A DNA stretch of 64,000 nucleotides from Candidatus Bathyarchaeota archaeon. GTDB lineage: Archaea; Thermoproteota; Bathyarchaeia; Bathyarchaeales; Bathycorpusculaceae. The translations under genes were made by a program, and so were the position numbers. Under the pieces are notes generated by a model, which was not told the origin of the DNA, did not search any database, and saw nothing but the letters and a program-made list of their open reading frames with translations. Numbering within the stretch: position 1 is the stretch's first letter; every line of letters begins with the position of its first letter. The DNA is taken from the NCBI GenBank assembly GCA_963767735.1, contig CAVYES010000005.1, positions 224,001 through 288,000 of the forward strand. The letters are read 5' to 3'. This document shows positions 9,300-19,684 of this stretch, piece by piece.

Positions 9300-10988
9300 G
9301 TGAAAAAAATGGTTGAGTACAAGTGGGTTGCGCTTTCTAACACTACTCTTGGCACTTTGATGGCTTCTATAGACAGCACCATAGTCTTGATTGCGCTGCC
9401 CGCTATCTTTCGTGGAATCAACATCAATCCTTTCACATCTTTTCAGTATATGCTGTGGATACTGTTCGGATACAGCATCGTTACCGCTACGTTGCTTGTC
9501 ACTTTTGGCAGACTTTCAGACATGTTTGGGCGAGTAAGGCTCTACAACCTTGGGTTCCTAATCTTCACAGTTGGCTCAATACTGCTTTCAATAACCCCAA
9601 GCCAGGGCGACGCAGGTGCAATCGAGATTATAGTTTTCAGGGTAGTTCAAGGAATTGGCGGCGCGTTCTTGTTTGCAAACAGCGCTGCGATAATAACTGA
9701 CGCATTTCCCAGCAATGAACGGGGAAAAGCACTTGGGATTAACCAGATAGCTTTCCTCGCGGGCTCTATAATCGGCCTGATTATGGGAGGAATTCTGGCG
9801 ATTTATGACTGGAGACTAGTGTTTCTAGTGAGCGTTCCAGTTGGGGTAATAGGCACGGTTTGGTCGTACTTGAAGCTGAAAGAACGCGGAACCATTAGAA
9901 AAAACCAAAAATTGGATATCTGGGGAAACATCGCTTTTGGTGGGGGCTTAACATTGATTTTAGCGGGCGTTATCTATGGTTTGATACCGTATGGTGCCTC
10001 GGCTATGGGTTGGGGTAATCCATGGGTCATCGCCTCCCTCGCCGCCGGGGCGGGTCTTCTTGTTGCTTTTCCGTTTATCGAAAGCCACGTTGCTGATCCA
10101 ATGTTTAGGCTTGAATTGTTTAAGATAAAGGCGTTTAGAGCAGGTAACTTTGCTTCGCTTTTCAGTTCAATGTCAAGAGGCGGAGTTTTGATTATGCTTA
10201 TCATATTGCTTCAGGGCATTTGGCTTCCTCTCCACGGGTACAGCTTTGATTCCACGCCATTCTGGGCTGGCATGTTCATGATACCGATGTCCATAGGCTT
10301 TGTCTTAACAGGACCAATCAGCGGCTGGCTATCAGACCAACGTGGCGCAAGACTACTCGCCACTCTTGGGATGGTAATTTCAGCAGGTGCTTTCATAGGG
10401 TTCGTTTTGCTCCCAGTCAATTTTATCTACATAGCCTTTGCAGTTGTGCTTTTCATAATGGGCGTCGGAGGCGGCATCTTCGCTTCTCCCAACATGGCTT
10501 CCGTTATGAACTCAGTACCCGCAGAGCATAGAGGTGCGGCATCTGGAATGAGAGCAACCATACAGAATACTGCAATGACGATCAGTCAGGCTGTGTTTTT
10601 TACAATTATCATAGTTTCACTTAGCGCGAGTCTTCCTGGTGCATTATCGGCTGCAGTTACGAGTGCTGGCGCCACTTCGCAGCTTGCACATATCTTCAGT
10701 TCCACGCCTGCCTCAGGTGCTCTTTTCGCCTCATTTCTAGGTTACAACCCAGTTCTAACAATACTTCATACTCTACCTCAATCCTTAGTAAGCACCATAC
10801 CAAGCACAACAATGACTTATCTTACGGGATCAACCTTCTTCCCAAATGCAATTTCAGGTCCGTTCATGACTGCTCTTAGAGAGGCGTTCATAATCGGTGC
10901 TATAATGTGTGTTGTAGCTGCGATTTGCTCCGCGCTAAGAGGCGAAAAATACGTGCTCGAACAAAATAATCCCACAGAAAAAGCTTAA
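9300..10988 (+). CDS. MFS drug-efflux transporter (DHA2/EmrB-like)
   Basis: [30 protein letters not shown] and ERGKALG motifs; many TM segments. Confidence 0.93.
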   Translation: MKKMVEYKWVALSNTTLGTLMASIDSTIVLIALPAIFRGININPFTSFQYMLWILFGYSIVTATLLVTFGRLSDMFGRVRLYNLGFLIFTVGSILLSITPSQGDAGAIEIIVFRVVQGIGGAFLFANSAAIITDAFPSNERGKALGINQIAFLAGSIIGLIMGGILAIYDWRLVFLVSVPVGVIGTVWSYLKLKERGTIRKNQKLDIWGNIAFGGGLTLILAGVIYGLIPYGASAMGWGNPWVIASLAAGAGLLVAFPFIESHVADPMFRLELFKIKAFRAGNFASLFSSMSRGGVLIMLIILLQGIWLPLHGYSFDSTPFWAGMFMIPMSIGFVLTGPISGWLSDQRGARLLATLGMVISAGAFIGFVLLPVNFIYIAFAVVLFIMGVGGGIFASPNMASVMNSVPAEHRGAASGMRATIQNTAMTISQAVFFTIIIVSLSASLPGALSAAVTSAGATSQLAHIFSSTPASGALFASFLGYNPVLTILHTLPQSLVSTIPSTTMTYLTGSTFFPNAISGPFMTALREAFIIGAIMCVVAAICSALRGEKYVLEQNNPTEKA

Positions 10989-11123
10989 ATCTTTCAAACT
11001 CAAAATTTTTTTCTGAAGTTTTACTTATAAATTAAGAAGCCGTGGATCTATCAAAGCGTTTAACTGAGTTATAAAAACTGGTTCCATAAATGTTTTTTAG
11101 GTGCTTTTTTCTTCAAAGAGTTT

Positions 11124-11552
11124 ATGCCAGCAGTAAAAGATATCATGACGAAGAATGTCGTTTCAGTCTGTGTTGAAAATAGCGTTTTTGAAGCGGCGGA
11201 GTTGATGAGTTCAAAACAGGTGAGTTGCTTGGTAATTATGGATGGGGAAATGCCTATTGGAATAGTTACTGAAAGGGATATCGTCAGAAGGGTTGTTGCG
11301 AAAAAAATGGCGCTAGAAACCAAGGTCTCTGAGATTATGTCCAAGTCTCTTATTACAGTTGATGCTGATGCTTCGCTTAAGGAGGCCGCTAGGCTAATGT
11401 CAAGCAACAAAATAAGAAGACTACCCGTATTGAAGCAGAACAGATTAGTTGGGATAGTTGTCGCTGCCGATTTTGTGCGAAATCTCGGAAAAAAATCGGC
11501 CTCTGAAGAAATACTGGAAGCCATGGGTCGCTACCCCTCAACTTTTCCATAA
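11124..11552 (+). CDS. CBS-pair domain protein
   Basis: VKDIMTK, GIVTERDI, VSEIMS and IRRLPV motifs. Confidence 0.93.
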   Translation: MPAVKDIMTKNVVSVCVENSVFEAAELMSSKQVSCLVIMDGEMPIGIVTERDIVRRVVAKKMALETKVSEIMSKSLITVDADASLKEAARLMSSNKIRRLPVLKQNRLVGIVVAADFVRNLGKKSASEEILEAMGRYPSTFP

Positions 11553-11720
11553 AGATAGGGCAAATTAGAGCAAGAAAATCTGCGTTTTTGAATTCAACTG
11601 CATAAATTTTGCAGGTTACATGAAAGCAAACAAATGCCTTGCTTGTTTGGGGTAAGCATTGGGGAAAAACGTGGTTCCCTTCTGGGTCTAAGTCCAAATG
11701 TACAAAACATTTATAGATAG

Positions 11721-12557
11721 TCAGGTGGCGAGTGTTTCAGGCATGGTTTCAGGAGGATTTGTGGGGTTAGGCGTTTGGCGCATGTCGATTTTTTTAGGAA
11801 GGTAAATTACTGCAAATCCTATGCCCACAATTATCATCACGAATTGGGCAGCTTGGCCAATTTGTGTTGTTGTGGCTACTCCCAAGAAATCTGTAGCGTC
11901 GTATAAACCGTGAATGAGCGCGAGTACCAGTATGTTTCCTCCTGACCAATAGTAGGCGATGGACATGGCTAAACCGAAAGTTATTAAATCTATAAACGGC
12001 AGAACGCTGGCGACGCCGTATGTTGTGGCGTAATAAGCGTGGACAGAGGCAAACATTACACTTGAAACAGCCGCCAGAAGAATCCAGTATTTCCCTTTGG
12101 AGATGCTGAGTAGTCCCCCGTAGATGAAGCCGCGGAACAAGTACTCTTCAGCCGGACCCACCACAAGTATGGAGACGGGAATCATTAGCCACGCAACGTT
12201 AGACGGAACGTTGAGCACAGGATTCGGCTTGTTTAGCAGGTTTGCCGCGTGCGGGTCAAAATGCGTTATTACTGCTAAAGCAATGATAGAAAGAAAAAGG
12301 CCGATTACGGTTAAGACGCCGAATAGTCCTAAGCCGAATTTAGCGGCTTCCTTATTGTTTTTGCCAGCTCGATGAAGCAGTTGCTTGCCAAAGAGGAGGC
12401 TTACAACAAGAACGGGAATTCCGTAGACGACAAGATACCCTGTTATTGACCCATAACGTATGAAGTATTGCGAGTAGACGCATAGGAAGATAACTACTAC
12501 GCCTATGAAGTAGAATTTTTTGGGTAGAGAGTTTGTGGGCGACATCTTTGCATACAC
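11721..12557 (-). CDS. CPBP/Abi (CAAX-type) intramembrane metalloprotease
   Basis: GPAEEYLFRG, FASVH and IHGLYD motifs. Confidence 0.9.
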   Translation of the reverse strand: MYAKMSPTNSLPKKFYFIGVVVIFLCVYSQYFIRYGSITGYLVVYGIPVLVVSLLFGKQLLHRAGKNNKEAAKFGLGLFGVLTVIGLFLSIIALAVITHFDPHAANLLNKPNPVLNVPSNVAWLMIPVSILVVGPAEEYLFRGFIYGGLLSISKGKYWILLAAVSSVMFASVHAYYATTYGVASVLPFIDLITFGLAMSIAYYWSGGNILVLALIHGLYDATDFLGVATTTQIGQAAQFVMIIVGIGFAVIYLPKKIDMRQTPNPTNPPETMPETLAT

Positions 12558-12882
12558 GCTAATACTAAATCAGAGGAGGGTTGCCAAATGTGGGTTTTGT
12601 CCTCTTTGTAAACCTTGCGTTTTTAGACTAAAAATCCAAGAGATCAAAAACTGATCTTTTAAGTTACAGCTTGAGAATCACGCGTAAAATGCTTCATCAA
12701 ATTAAACATTTTAATTCAAGTTTCATGAGAAACAGAGAAAAGTTTAGTTATCAAGAATGAAAAAACGGTGAAAAGCCAACCTTTAAACAAACTGATAGTT
12801 ATAGTTCTTCAAATTTAGGGACGAGGTTACCTCTAAACTAAGATGTATTTTTCTAGCTTTTCATTGTTTAAAGCAGCTATTC

Positions 12883-13005
12883 TTATTTCTTTCCTTTAGG
12901 AGGAAGCTGTTGTCGCATCTGTTTCTTTTTTGCATCCTTTTCTCGCTGAGCTTTCTTCTGCTGCTCAAGCTGCGTATTCTTCTTTTTCCTTTTCATCACA
13001 CTCAT
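12883..13005 (-). CDS. Unannotated 40-aa highly basic small protein
   Basis: MSVMKRKKKNTQLEQQKKAQREKDAKKKQMRQQLPPKGKK; GGGGTGA RBS just upstream of the ATG. Confidence 0.6.
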   Translation of the reverse strand: MSVMKRKKKNTQLEQQKKAQREKDAKKKQMRQQLPPKGKK

Positions 13006-13316
13006 ATTGTCACCCCTAGCCAAGCAATCAAACGCATGCCGCATTCTAAAACATTCCCTTTCTGTAAGAGAATTAGGAAACTACGATTGAATCTTATTGA
13101 ATGACACAAGAACAACTAGACCCTTTTTCAGTCTAAAAGATTTTCTACAAGTAAACAATCAAAGAAAGTTACTTAACCCTCTTTGGATATTCCTTAGCTC
13201 AATTGGATTCTTAGAACTAAAACAGAAGAGAAAAAAATAGACACTTTTTTCATAAAAAATTATGTTTATAAAATCTGAATCTCGGACATTAAAACGAGAG
13301 AAATCGTTATGAGGTA

Positions 13317-13526
13317 TTGATGACTTATACACTGGTGTACTTGGGGTTCCCTGAAGGATGGGAAATCTTGACGATTAAAACTTTGATTTGCGGATGCGTT
13401 TATGAAGAAAACGGTTGGATGCTGGTAAGAATAAAAGAATGCGAAAAGCATCATAAGCAGCGAACCAGAAAAAGAGAATACCGGCCAAAATCGGAATGTT
13501 GCAGAAACGATACGAGAGGTGAGTAA
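13317..13526 (+). CDS. Small Cys/His-containing hypothetical protein
   Basis: CGC...CEKHH possible metal site; start uncertain. Confidence 0.35.
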   Translation: MMTYTLVYLGFPEGWEILTIKTLICGCVYEENGWMLVRIKECEKHHKQRTRKREYRPKSECCRNDTRGE

Positions 13527-13665
13527 ACCTAAGCAGTGACTCGTGAATGAACTTACCTGTAGTTCACTATTATATTGACTTAGCTATTATTATTTCACTG
13601 ATTCTACTGTTTAGCAATTAATAGTGTTTAATAGTGTTACTGACATGTATATAGTGTGAACACAT

Positions 13666-13968
13666 ATGTCTAAACTAGAAAAAAGTAGAAATAAACAAAT
13701 AGTGGCAAAAGCAACCCCAGTCAAAGAAATTCCTGAAGGAAGAAAAATCGCCAAGATCCCCGAGTATGATGCGGTTTTCAAGCAGATTATAGAGAGTCCT
13801 GAGAAGATGTTTAAGGTTGAGGTTGAGGGTAAAACGGTAAGATCACTCTACGCGCCGTTCTCATTCAGAGTTAAGTCCTACAACAAGATAACAGACAGAA
13901 AATTCAATGCCGCACTCAGAGTTCGCAACAAAGAAATTTATATTGTTAAATTGGACAAAAAAGAATAA
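13666..13968 (+). CDS. Basic hypothetical protein, possibly DNA-binding
   Basis: 100-aa Lys-rich ORF preceded by phased ATAGTGT repeats. Confidence 0.6.
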   Translation: MSKLEKSRNKQIVAKATPVKEIPEGRKIAKIPEYDAVFKQIIESPEKMFKVEVEGKTVRSLYAPFSFRVKSYNKITDRKFNAALRVRNKEIYIVKLDKKE

Positions 13969-14018
13969 AGCACTCAACAACATTCTTTCTTTTCTGCAAG
14001 TTAGAGCAGATGTAACCT

Positions 14019-14810
14019 ATGTCTGAACATAAATCTGAATGGCCCGAATCTGGAGATCTCGTAATCGCCACCATGGAGAGCGTGATGGATTATGGAGCGT
14101 ACGCTAACCTAGATGAATACAATAAACGCGGGTTCCTTCATATCTCCGAAATTTCCAGCGCCAGAATAAGAAACGTCCACGACTATGTTCGTGAAAAACA
14201 AAAAATGGTTCTAAAAGTTCTCCATGTAAACCTTGAAAAAGGCCACATTGACTTATCCCTCAGACGCGTCACAAAACGCGAAAGAATTGAGAAAATCAAA
14301 GCTTGGAAACGAGACCGAAAAGGCGAAGTTCTTCTGCGTGCAGTCGCGGAAAAAGTAGGTTTGCCCGTACATGAAGTCTACCAGCAAGCAGGCGTTATTC
14401 TGGAAGAAAACGTTGGTTTATATGAAGGCTTCGAAAAAGCTCTCAAAGAAGGTGCAGAATCCCTAACTAAACTTGGAATCTCTGAAGATATCGCCAAAGC
14501 CTTCGTCCAAGTTGCGGAAGAACGTATCCATATCAAACTGGTTAAAGTTAGAGGTACGCTTGAAATTCGCTGCATGAAACCCAACGGCGTTAAATGCATC
14601 CAAGACGCAATCATCAACGCCAAGAAAGCACAAAAAGCTAAAGACGCTAAAATCGAATTTTGCGTCATCGCTGCTCCCAGATATAGTGTAGAAGTCTCTG
14701 CTGATAACTGGAAACGTGCCGAAGAGGTTCTCGACGAAGTAAGCCAAAGCGTAGTTACAAACATCACTAAAGCAGGCGGACATGGCTCCTTTAAACGGGA
14801 GAAGCAGTAG
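14019..14810 (+). CDS. eif2a: Translation initiation factor 2 subunit alpha (aIF2-alpha)
   Basis: PESGDLVIAT, LHISEIS, KGHIDLSLRRV and IAAPRY motifs. Confidence 0.95.
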   Translation: MSEHKSEWPESGDLVIATMESVMDYGAYANLDEYNKRGFLHISEISSARIRNVHDYVREKQKMVLKVLHVNLEKGHIDLSLRRVTKRERIEKIKAWKRDRKGEVLLRAVAEKVGLPVHEVYQQAGVILEENVGLYEGFEKALKEGAESLTKLGISEDIAKAFVQVAEERIHIKLVKVRGTLEIRCMKPNGVKCIQDAIINAKKAQKAKDAKIEFCVIAAPRYSVEVSADNWKRAEEVLDEVSQSVVTNITKAGGHGSFKREKQ

Positions 14811-14818
14811 GTGAATAA

Positions 14819-15157
14819 ATGAGAGAACCAATTGACAAAGTAATTTGGGGTCACGTAGAAAAACTTGGCAAAGGCACCCGAGCAAACTATGAACCTGACA
14901 AAAAAACCATTACCTTCTGCTTCAAGAGAGGCGAAGAGACTTCAAGTGAGCAACTAAGAAAATTACGTGAGCAACTTATGGGTGAACTAAAACAGCTAGG
15001 CTACGCCAGCCACATGAAATACAACGGAGAAGTAATTGCAGAAAACATAGACGAACAGGATGTAGTTTTAACTAGAAAAAACCACCAGCTCTCAATTCAC
15101 CTAAACAAGAAGGGTTCTGGAGAGAAAGAAAAGGACGTTTCAGAGCAGCCGACTTAA
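14819..15157 (+). CDS. Hypothetical protein
   Basis: 112-aa ORF 8 nt after aIF2-alpha with GGTGA RBS. Confidence 0.6.
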   Translation: MREPIDKVIWGHVEKLGKGTRANYEPDKKTITFCFKRGEETSSEQLRKLREQLMGELKQLGYASHMKYNGEVIAENIDEQDVVLTRKNHQLSIHLNKKGSGEKEKDVSEQPT

Positions 15158-15242
15158 CTTTTCAAGCCTACGCATGCTTAATATGCAGCTTATTGTTTGG
15201 CTAAATGTAAGTTTAGACAAGAGTTTTCATTAACTGCAACCG

Positions 15243-16259
15243 GTGAACCATCTGTTAACCATAACTCAGTTGAGAAAGCACGAGGAAGGAAGATGGCAGT
15301 CCGATACTTTGGAGTCTCTTCCAGACAAGATCCGTGAAGATTCCGTGCTGTGGGTTGATGTGGAGGATCCCACGGATGATGAAGTTGACGCGATACAGAA
15401 GAATTTCAAGTTAGATGAACTGTGTCTGAAGGAATTAATGGCGGAAGGGCAGCGTTCAAATATTGAGGAACAAGAGAACCACTTAGTCTGCGTTCTTAAT
15501 TTTCCTAAAAGGGACGGCTTCGTTTCCGATGGAAAAATGGAAAGTCTCGCGCTGCTAGTGGGAAAAAAATGGATTATAACGGTCCACAAGGGTTACTCAG
15601 ATATCACATGCGCAGTTTACAAAAAAATCAGTACACACGGCTACTTCGCGCTCTCACTTTCGCCTTCAACAGACATTCTCTTGTACATATTCTTAGATTT
15701 AACCACAAATGAGTATTTTTTGATTTCCGATTCAATACACGAACGATTGCAGAATTTGACTAAAAAGGCGGGGGCACTCTTTAGGGAAAGGCCAAGACAG
15801 TTGGATACGAGCTTCGGATCAGAAATCTCCAAGTCAAGAGACCGAGTGTTGACCCTGAGGCAGTCCATAGGCCCAATGCGTGAAATAATGGGGAAAATAA
15901 CTAGAGGCGAGTTTGCCCTAGTTTCCAGCAATTCAATGTCCCGCTTTGAGGACCTATATGATAGGACAATCTCGCTGATTGAAGTGGTAGACAACCATCG
16001 TGAAGAAATTAGAGACATAACCGATACCCTGATCAACGTTCAAACCTTAACCACCAACAACATAGTCAGAGTCCTCACCATTATATCAGCGATTTTTCTT
16101 CCCTTAGCCTTGATTGCTGAAATATACGGAACCAACTTTGGAAAAGGTTTCCTTGTGCCTGGCAGCAGCAGCTCATATGGCTTCTACATTATGGTCACGA
16201 TAATGATAGGCGTAGCAGTAGCACTCATAGTGATTTTCAGGAGAAGAGGATGGCTATAA
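15243..16259 (+). CDS. corA: CorA-family divalent cation transporter
   Basis: WVDVEDP; VLTIISAIFLP...YGTNF (GMN variant GTN); ends FRRRGWL. Confidence 0.9.
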   Translation: MNHLLTITQLRKHEEGRWQSDTLESLPDKIREDSVLWVDVEDPTDDEVDAIQKNFKLDELCLKELMAEGQRSNIEEQENHLVCVLNFPKRDGFVSDGKMESLALLVGKKWIITVHKGYSDITCAVYKKISTHGYFALSLSPSTDILLYIFLDLTTNEYFLISDSIHERLQNLTKKAGALFRERPRQLDTSFGSEISKSRDRVLTLRQSIGPMREIMGKITRGEFALVSSNSMSRFEDLYDRTISLIEVVDNHREEIRDITDTLINVQTLTTNNIVRVLTIISAIFLPLALIAEIYGTNFGKGFLVPGSSSSYGFYIMVTIMIGVAVALIVIFRRRGWL

Positions 16260-16398
16260 AAAGCACGCTAAGGCTCAACATCAAATAATCTAAGGTTTTA
16301 AGTTACATATTGCGTTAAACAAGAGAAAAATGGCCCAAATCCAAAATAGGTAAGGCTTTTAAAGCAAACAGCATTTTATTCCAAAAGAAGGCAAAGCT

Positions 16399-16812
16399 TT
16401 GCGAAAACTCAATGCGGTCATAGTGGCTGGTGGTGCAATAGCGCTCGTTTTCGCCTGGCTCAACAACGTCTCTGTCCAGGCTGAGCTTATTCCAACAATA
16501 GTCAACGGCGAAATCATCGCCACTTCCATCGCGATAATATTCACCGGTGTATTCTTCACAATAGGCTACTCTCACAAACTAGTGGAGCTTCAGAAAAAGA
16601 AAGACCACACGTACTTTATTCTCGCTATACCAGGTTTGGCCTCACTTTTTGTTGTAAGTACTTTTCTATGTTTAATGACCAACAATTTCGACATAGCATT
16701 AAAGCTGAGCTTCACAGGTCTAATACTTGCTATCGGAACTTTCATGAGTCTAATAGGATTGCTTATCCAGCAACTAACTCCACAAAACTCGGAGTCAGTC
16801 GACCAACAATAA
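16399..16812 (+). CDS. Hypothetical membrane protein (about 4 TM)
   Basis: Four hydrophobic segments. Confidence 0.6.
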   Translation: MRKLNAVIVAGGAIALVFAWLNNVSVQAELIPTIVNGEIIATSIAIIFTGVFFTIGYSHKLVELQKKKDHTYFILAIPGLASLFVVSTFLCLMTNNFDIALKLSFTGLILAIGTFMSLIGLLIQQLTPQNSESVDQQ

Positions 16813-16866
16813 AATCAGTTTAAGAAATAGTCAAAATGGATTAGTGCACATTTTCAAAGGGGCAAA

Positions 16867-16910
16867 TTTTATAAGCAAATATCGGTAATTCGATATCGGT
16901 AATTCGATAT
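16867..16910 (+). promoter_or_regulatory. TATA box plus tandem palindromic operator upstream of padR
   Basis: TTTTATAA followed by ATATCGGTAATTCG x2, forming two overlapping ATATCG-N6-CGATAT palindromes that reach the ATG. Confidence 0.75.
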
Positions 16911-17331
16911 GTGGTCTGATTGGACGAAATTCAAACGTCGCGGTCTTCACGCCTGGATTTTGTACGTTCTAGACATTTCGCCGAAAAACGGCGCCGAAAT
17001 AATGGACGCCATGGAAAGCATGAGTCAAGGATTGTGGAGGCCCTCGCCAGGCTCGGTATATCCTCTGCTTGACACAATGACCAAAGAGGGCTCAATAAAA
17101 AAAAGAGACGACAGCAAGTACGAGTTAACCGAGCAGGGAAAAGAGGAAATGGATTGGCCACCTGGAATGAGATCAAACCGCCCGCGAACGTTAGAAGAGG
17201 TCCTGAACGAAATGAACAGCTTCATCTCATACTTTGAAGACCTCGCAAAATCCGACCCCGCTAAACTTTCACCTTATCAAGAAAAAATCAAGGAAATCCA
17301 GTCAAGACTCTCCAAAATAACCAACGCATGA
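16909..17331 (+). CDS. PadR-family transcriptional regulator
   Basis: WRPSPGSVYPLL...YELTEQG. Confidence 0.92.
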   Translation: MWSDWTKFKRRGLHAWILYVLDISPKNGAEIMDAMESMSQGLWRPSPGSVYPLLDTMTKEGSIKKRDDSKYELTEQGKEEMDWPPGMRSNRPRTLEEVLNEMNSFISYFEDLAKSDPAKLSPYQEKIKEIQSRLSKITNA

Positions 17332-17367
17332 CAACCCGTTTAAAAAAAAGAATTAGGAGAAAACAAA

Positions 17368-18393
17368 ATGTCGACAAACAAAATTGATACGTCAACCCCG
17401 AACATAATTACAGTAGAAAACCTTTCAAAAACCTTCGGAAGCCTCAAGGCAGTTGATAACGTGAGCTTCGAGATCAAAGAAGGAGAAATCTTCGGTTTTC
17501 TTGGCCCCAATGGCGCCGGCAAAACCACAACCATCAATATGCTAACGACCCTCCTTAAGCCCACGTCGGGAAAAGCTGTGGTCTGCGGATTCAGCATTTT
17601 TAAAGACGCAAACGAAGTGCGAAGAAACGTGGGAGTCGTTCCACAGGAATACACGGCAGACGAAGACATGTCAGGAATCAACAACATCATTCTCTGCGCA
17701 GACCTTTACGGAATGGCCAGAAAGGATTCGAAGGCTCACGCAAAAGAGCTCCTAAAACTTGTTGAGCTTGAAGACGCAGCAAACAGGAAAGTCTCCACGT
17801 ATTCGGGGGGAATGCGAAGGCGCCTAGAACTCGCCTGCGGACTGATTAACTACCCGAAACTGCTTTTCCTCGACGAACCCACGCTGGGCCTTGACGTTCA
17901 GACGCGAACTGCAGTTTGGAAATACATCAAGACGCTAAAAGAAGAGTACCAAATGACCCTGTTTCTCACTACTCACTACCTTGAAGAAGCCGATTCTCTT
18001 TGCGACAGAATAGGCATAATAGATCATGGTCACTTAGTGAAGATCGGATCGCCCGAAGAGCTCAAGCAAAGCGTAGGCGGCGACGTCATCGTTGTCGACG
18101 TAAGAGAGAGCGAGCCAGACATATCATCAGACATAGCTAAGATCGAGCTTGTCAAGGAAGTTAAGAAGCAAGGCAACAATTACAGGATTAAGGTGAACGA
18201 TGGGGAAGAAGCATCTCCCCAGATAACCGACCTGATCCGATCTAAGGGACTGCACGTTACAAGAATCTCTCTGACTAAGCCCAGTTTAGACGAGGCATAC
18301 CTCGAATTAACAGGCCGTAACCTTAGAGAGGAAGAAGTCGATAAGATGCAGATGTTCCGTCAACGGGTAACTATGAGGAGAGCTAGGTCCTGA
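17368..18393 (+). CDS. ABC transporter ATP-binding protein (DrrA-like)
   Basis: GPNGAGKTT, YSGGMRRRL, LFLDEPT and TTHYLEEA motifs. Confidence 0.95.
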   Translation: MSTNKIDTSTPNIITVENLSKTFGSLKAVDNVSFEIKEGEIFGFLGPNGAGKTTTINMLTTLLKPTSGKAVVCGFSIFKDANEVRRNVGVVPQEYTADEDMSGINNIILCADLYGMARKDSKAHAKELLKLVELEDAANRKVSTYSGGMRRRLELACGLINYPKLLFLDEPTLGLDVQTRTAVWKYIKTLKEEYQMTLFLTTHYLEEADSLCDRIGIIDHGHLVKIGSPEELKQSVGGDVIVVDVRESEPDISSDIAKIELVKEVKKQGNNYRIKVNDGEEASPQITDLIRSKGLHVTRISLTKPSLDEAYLELTGRNLREEEVDKMQMFRQRVTMRRARS

Positions 18394-18394
18394 G

Positions 18395-19345
18395 GTGACA
18401 ATCATGGGCAAAGACACATCAGACTCCAAAATCGAAGCTTCAAAAGACCCAGAAGACCAAACCAAAACTTCCGAACAAGATTCAGCCCAGCAGGAACGAA
18501 GATTCAGGTCAGCTCCAAAGCTCAACAAGAGCCCCTTTCACGGTTTATGGGCGCTGACACTTAGAGATCTTCGAAAGTGGTACACCAACCCAATCCAACT
18601 CTTTGTGTCACTAATTCAACCAATTATCTGGCTTGGCTTATTCGGCAAAGCACTTAACTTTGGCTCCTTCATCGCCGGGTCGGGAGCCAGCATAGCGCAA
18701 CAGGACATAATTTTGAAGAACTTTTTCGGAACAACAAGCTACTTCTCATTCTTGTCATGCGGAATGCTTGCTTTCATCGTCCTCTTTACTTCCGCTTTCA
18801 GCGGAATGTCAGTAGTCTTCGACCGTAGATTCGGTTTCCTAAACAAAGCTTTGAGCACACCTGTTGCGCGTGGATCAATTGTGATGGGCAAAATCCTACA
18901 AAGTGTCGGCAGATCTCTGATACAAGCAGGCATAGTTCTAGTGGTTGCAGTAGCGCTTGGGATGGAGACGACACATTTCACTCCTCAAGGAATCGCTGGT
19001 GCATTCCTAATCATCTTCCTTATGGCCGTCGGGTTATCTGCGTTGTTCACGGTGCTCGCTCTAAGATCGGGTGACTGGCAAACACAAATGGCAATCATAA
19101 ACCTACTCAACCTCCCGCTACTATTCGCAAGTAACGCATTGTTCCCAGTAAAAATAATGCCAGCTTGGCTTCAAGACGTCGTAAAAGTTAACCCCGTAAG
19201 CTACGCAGTCGACGGAATAAGACAAATGTTGATAGGCGCGACAGGCATGAATAGTCTCTTGCTTGACTTCACGGTTGTGATAGGATTCGCAGTAATATTA
19301 TCCGCAATCGGAATAGTTCTCTCCTGGAAATATCTCTCTAAGTAA
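18395..19345 (+). CDS. ABC-2 type permease (DrrB-like)
   Basis: DRRFGFL, MPAWLQ...NPVSYAVDGIR. Confidence 0.92.
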   Translation: MTIMGKDTSDSKIEASKDPEDQTKTSEQDSAQQERRFRSAPKLNKSPFHGLWALTLRDLRKWYTNPIQLFVSLIQPIIWLGLFGKALNFGSFIAGSGASIAQQDIILKNFFGTTSYFSFLSCGMLAFIVLFTSAFSGMSVVFDRRFGFLNKALSTPVARGSIVMGKILQSVGRSLIQAGIVLVVAVALGMETTHFTPQGIAGAFLIIFLMAVGLSALFTVLALRSGDWQTQMAIINLLNLPLLFASNALFPVKIMPAWLQDVVKVNPVSYAVDGIRQMLIGATGMNSLLLDFTVVIGFAVILSAIGIVLSWKYLSK

Positions 19346-19684
19346 ACTCGCGACAAGCTAAACCAAGAAAACAGCCTCCAACAACCTTCACAACACCTTT
19401 TTCTTTTATTGAAAAGCAAGCCTTTTTCGAGAAGCCAGCTGAGCGCCCACTAACTTGCTGAAAAACATCGAATATGGAAAGGGAACGCCAGGTTTTTTCC
19501 AACATGTAGATGAAAAAGAGGGAAACAATGGCAAAAAATGCTCCGTTGGTGCTGACATCTCTGGCTGGAGGGTTCAAATCCTCTGGTTCACTTCAAAATA
19601 CTAGGCGCCAGCATCAAATTGTGTAAGATTTAAATGATTTCTCCGTGTTACTTGCTTTCATTAAATATTCCCTGAGAACTATTC

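Noticed and set aside
19555-19600. GGAGGGTTCAAATCCTCT resembles a tRNA T-arm or att-site remnant
   Set aside because: The T-stem is imperfect, no acceptor, D or anticodon arms can be built, and no integrase is nearby.
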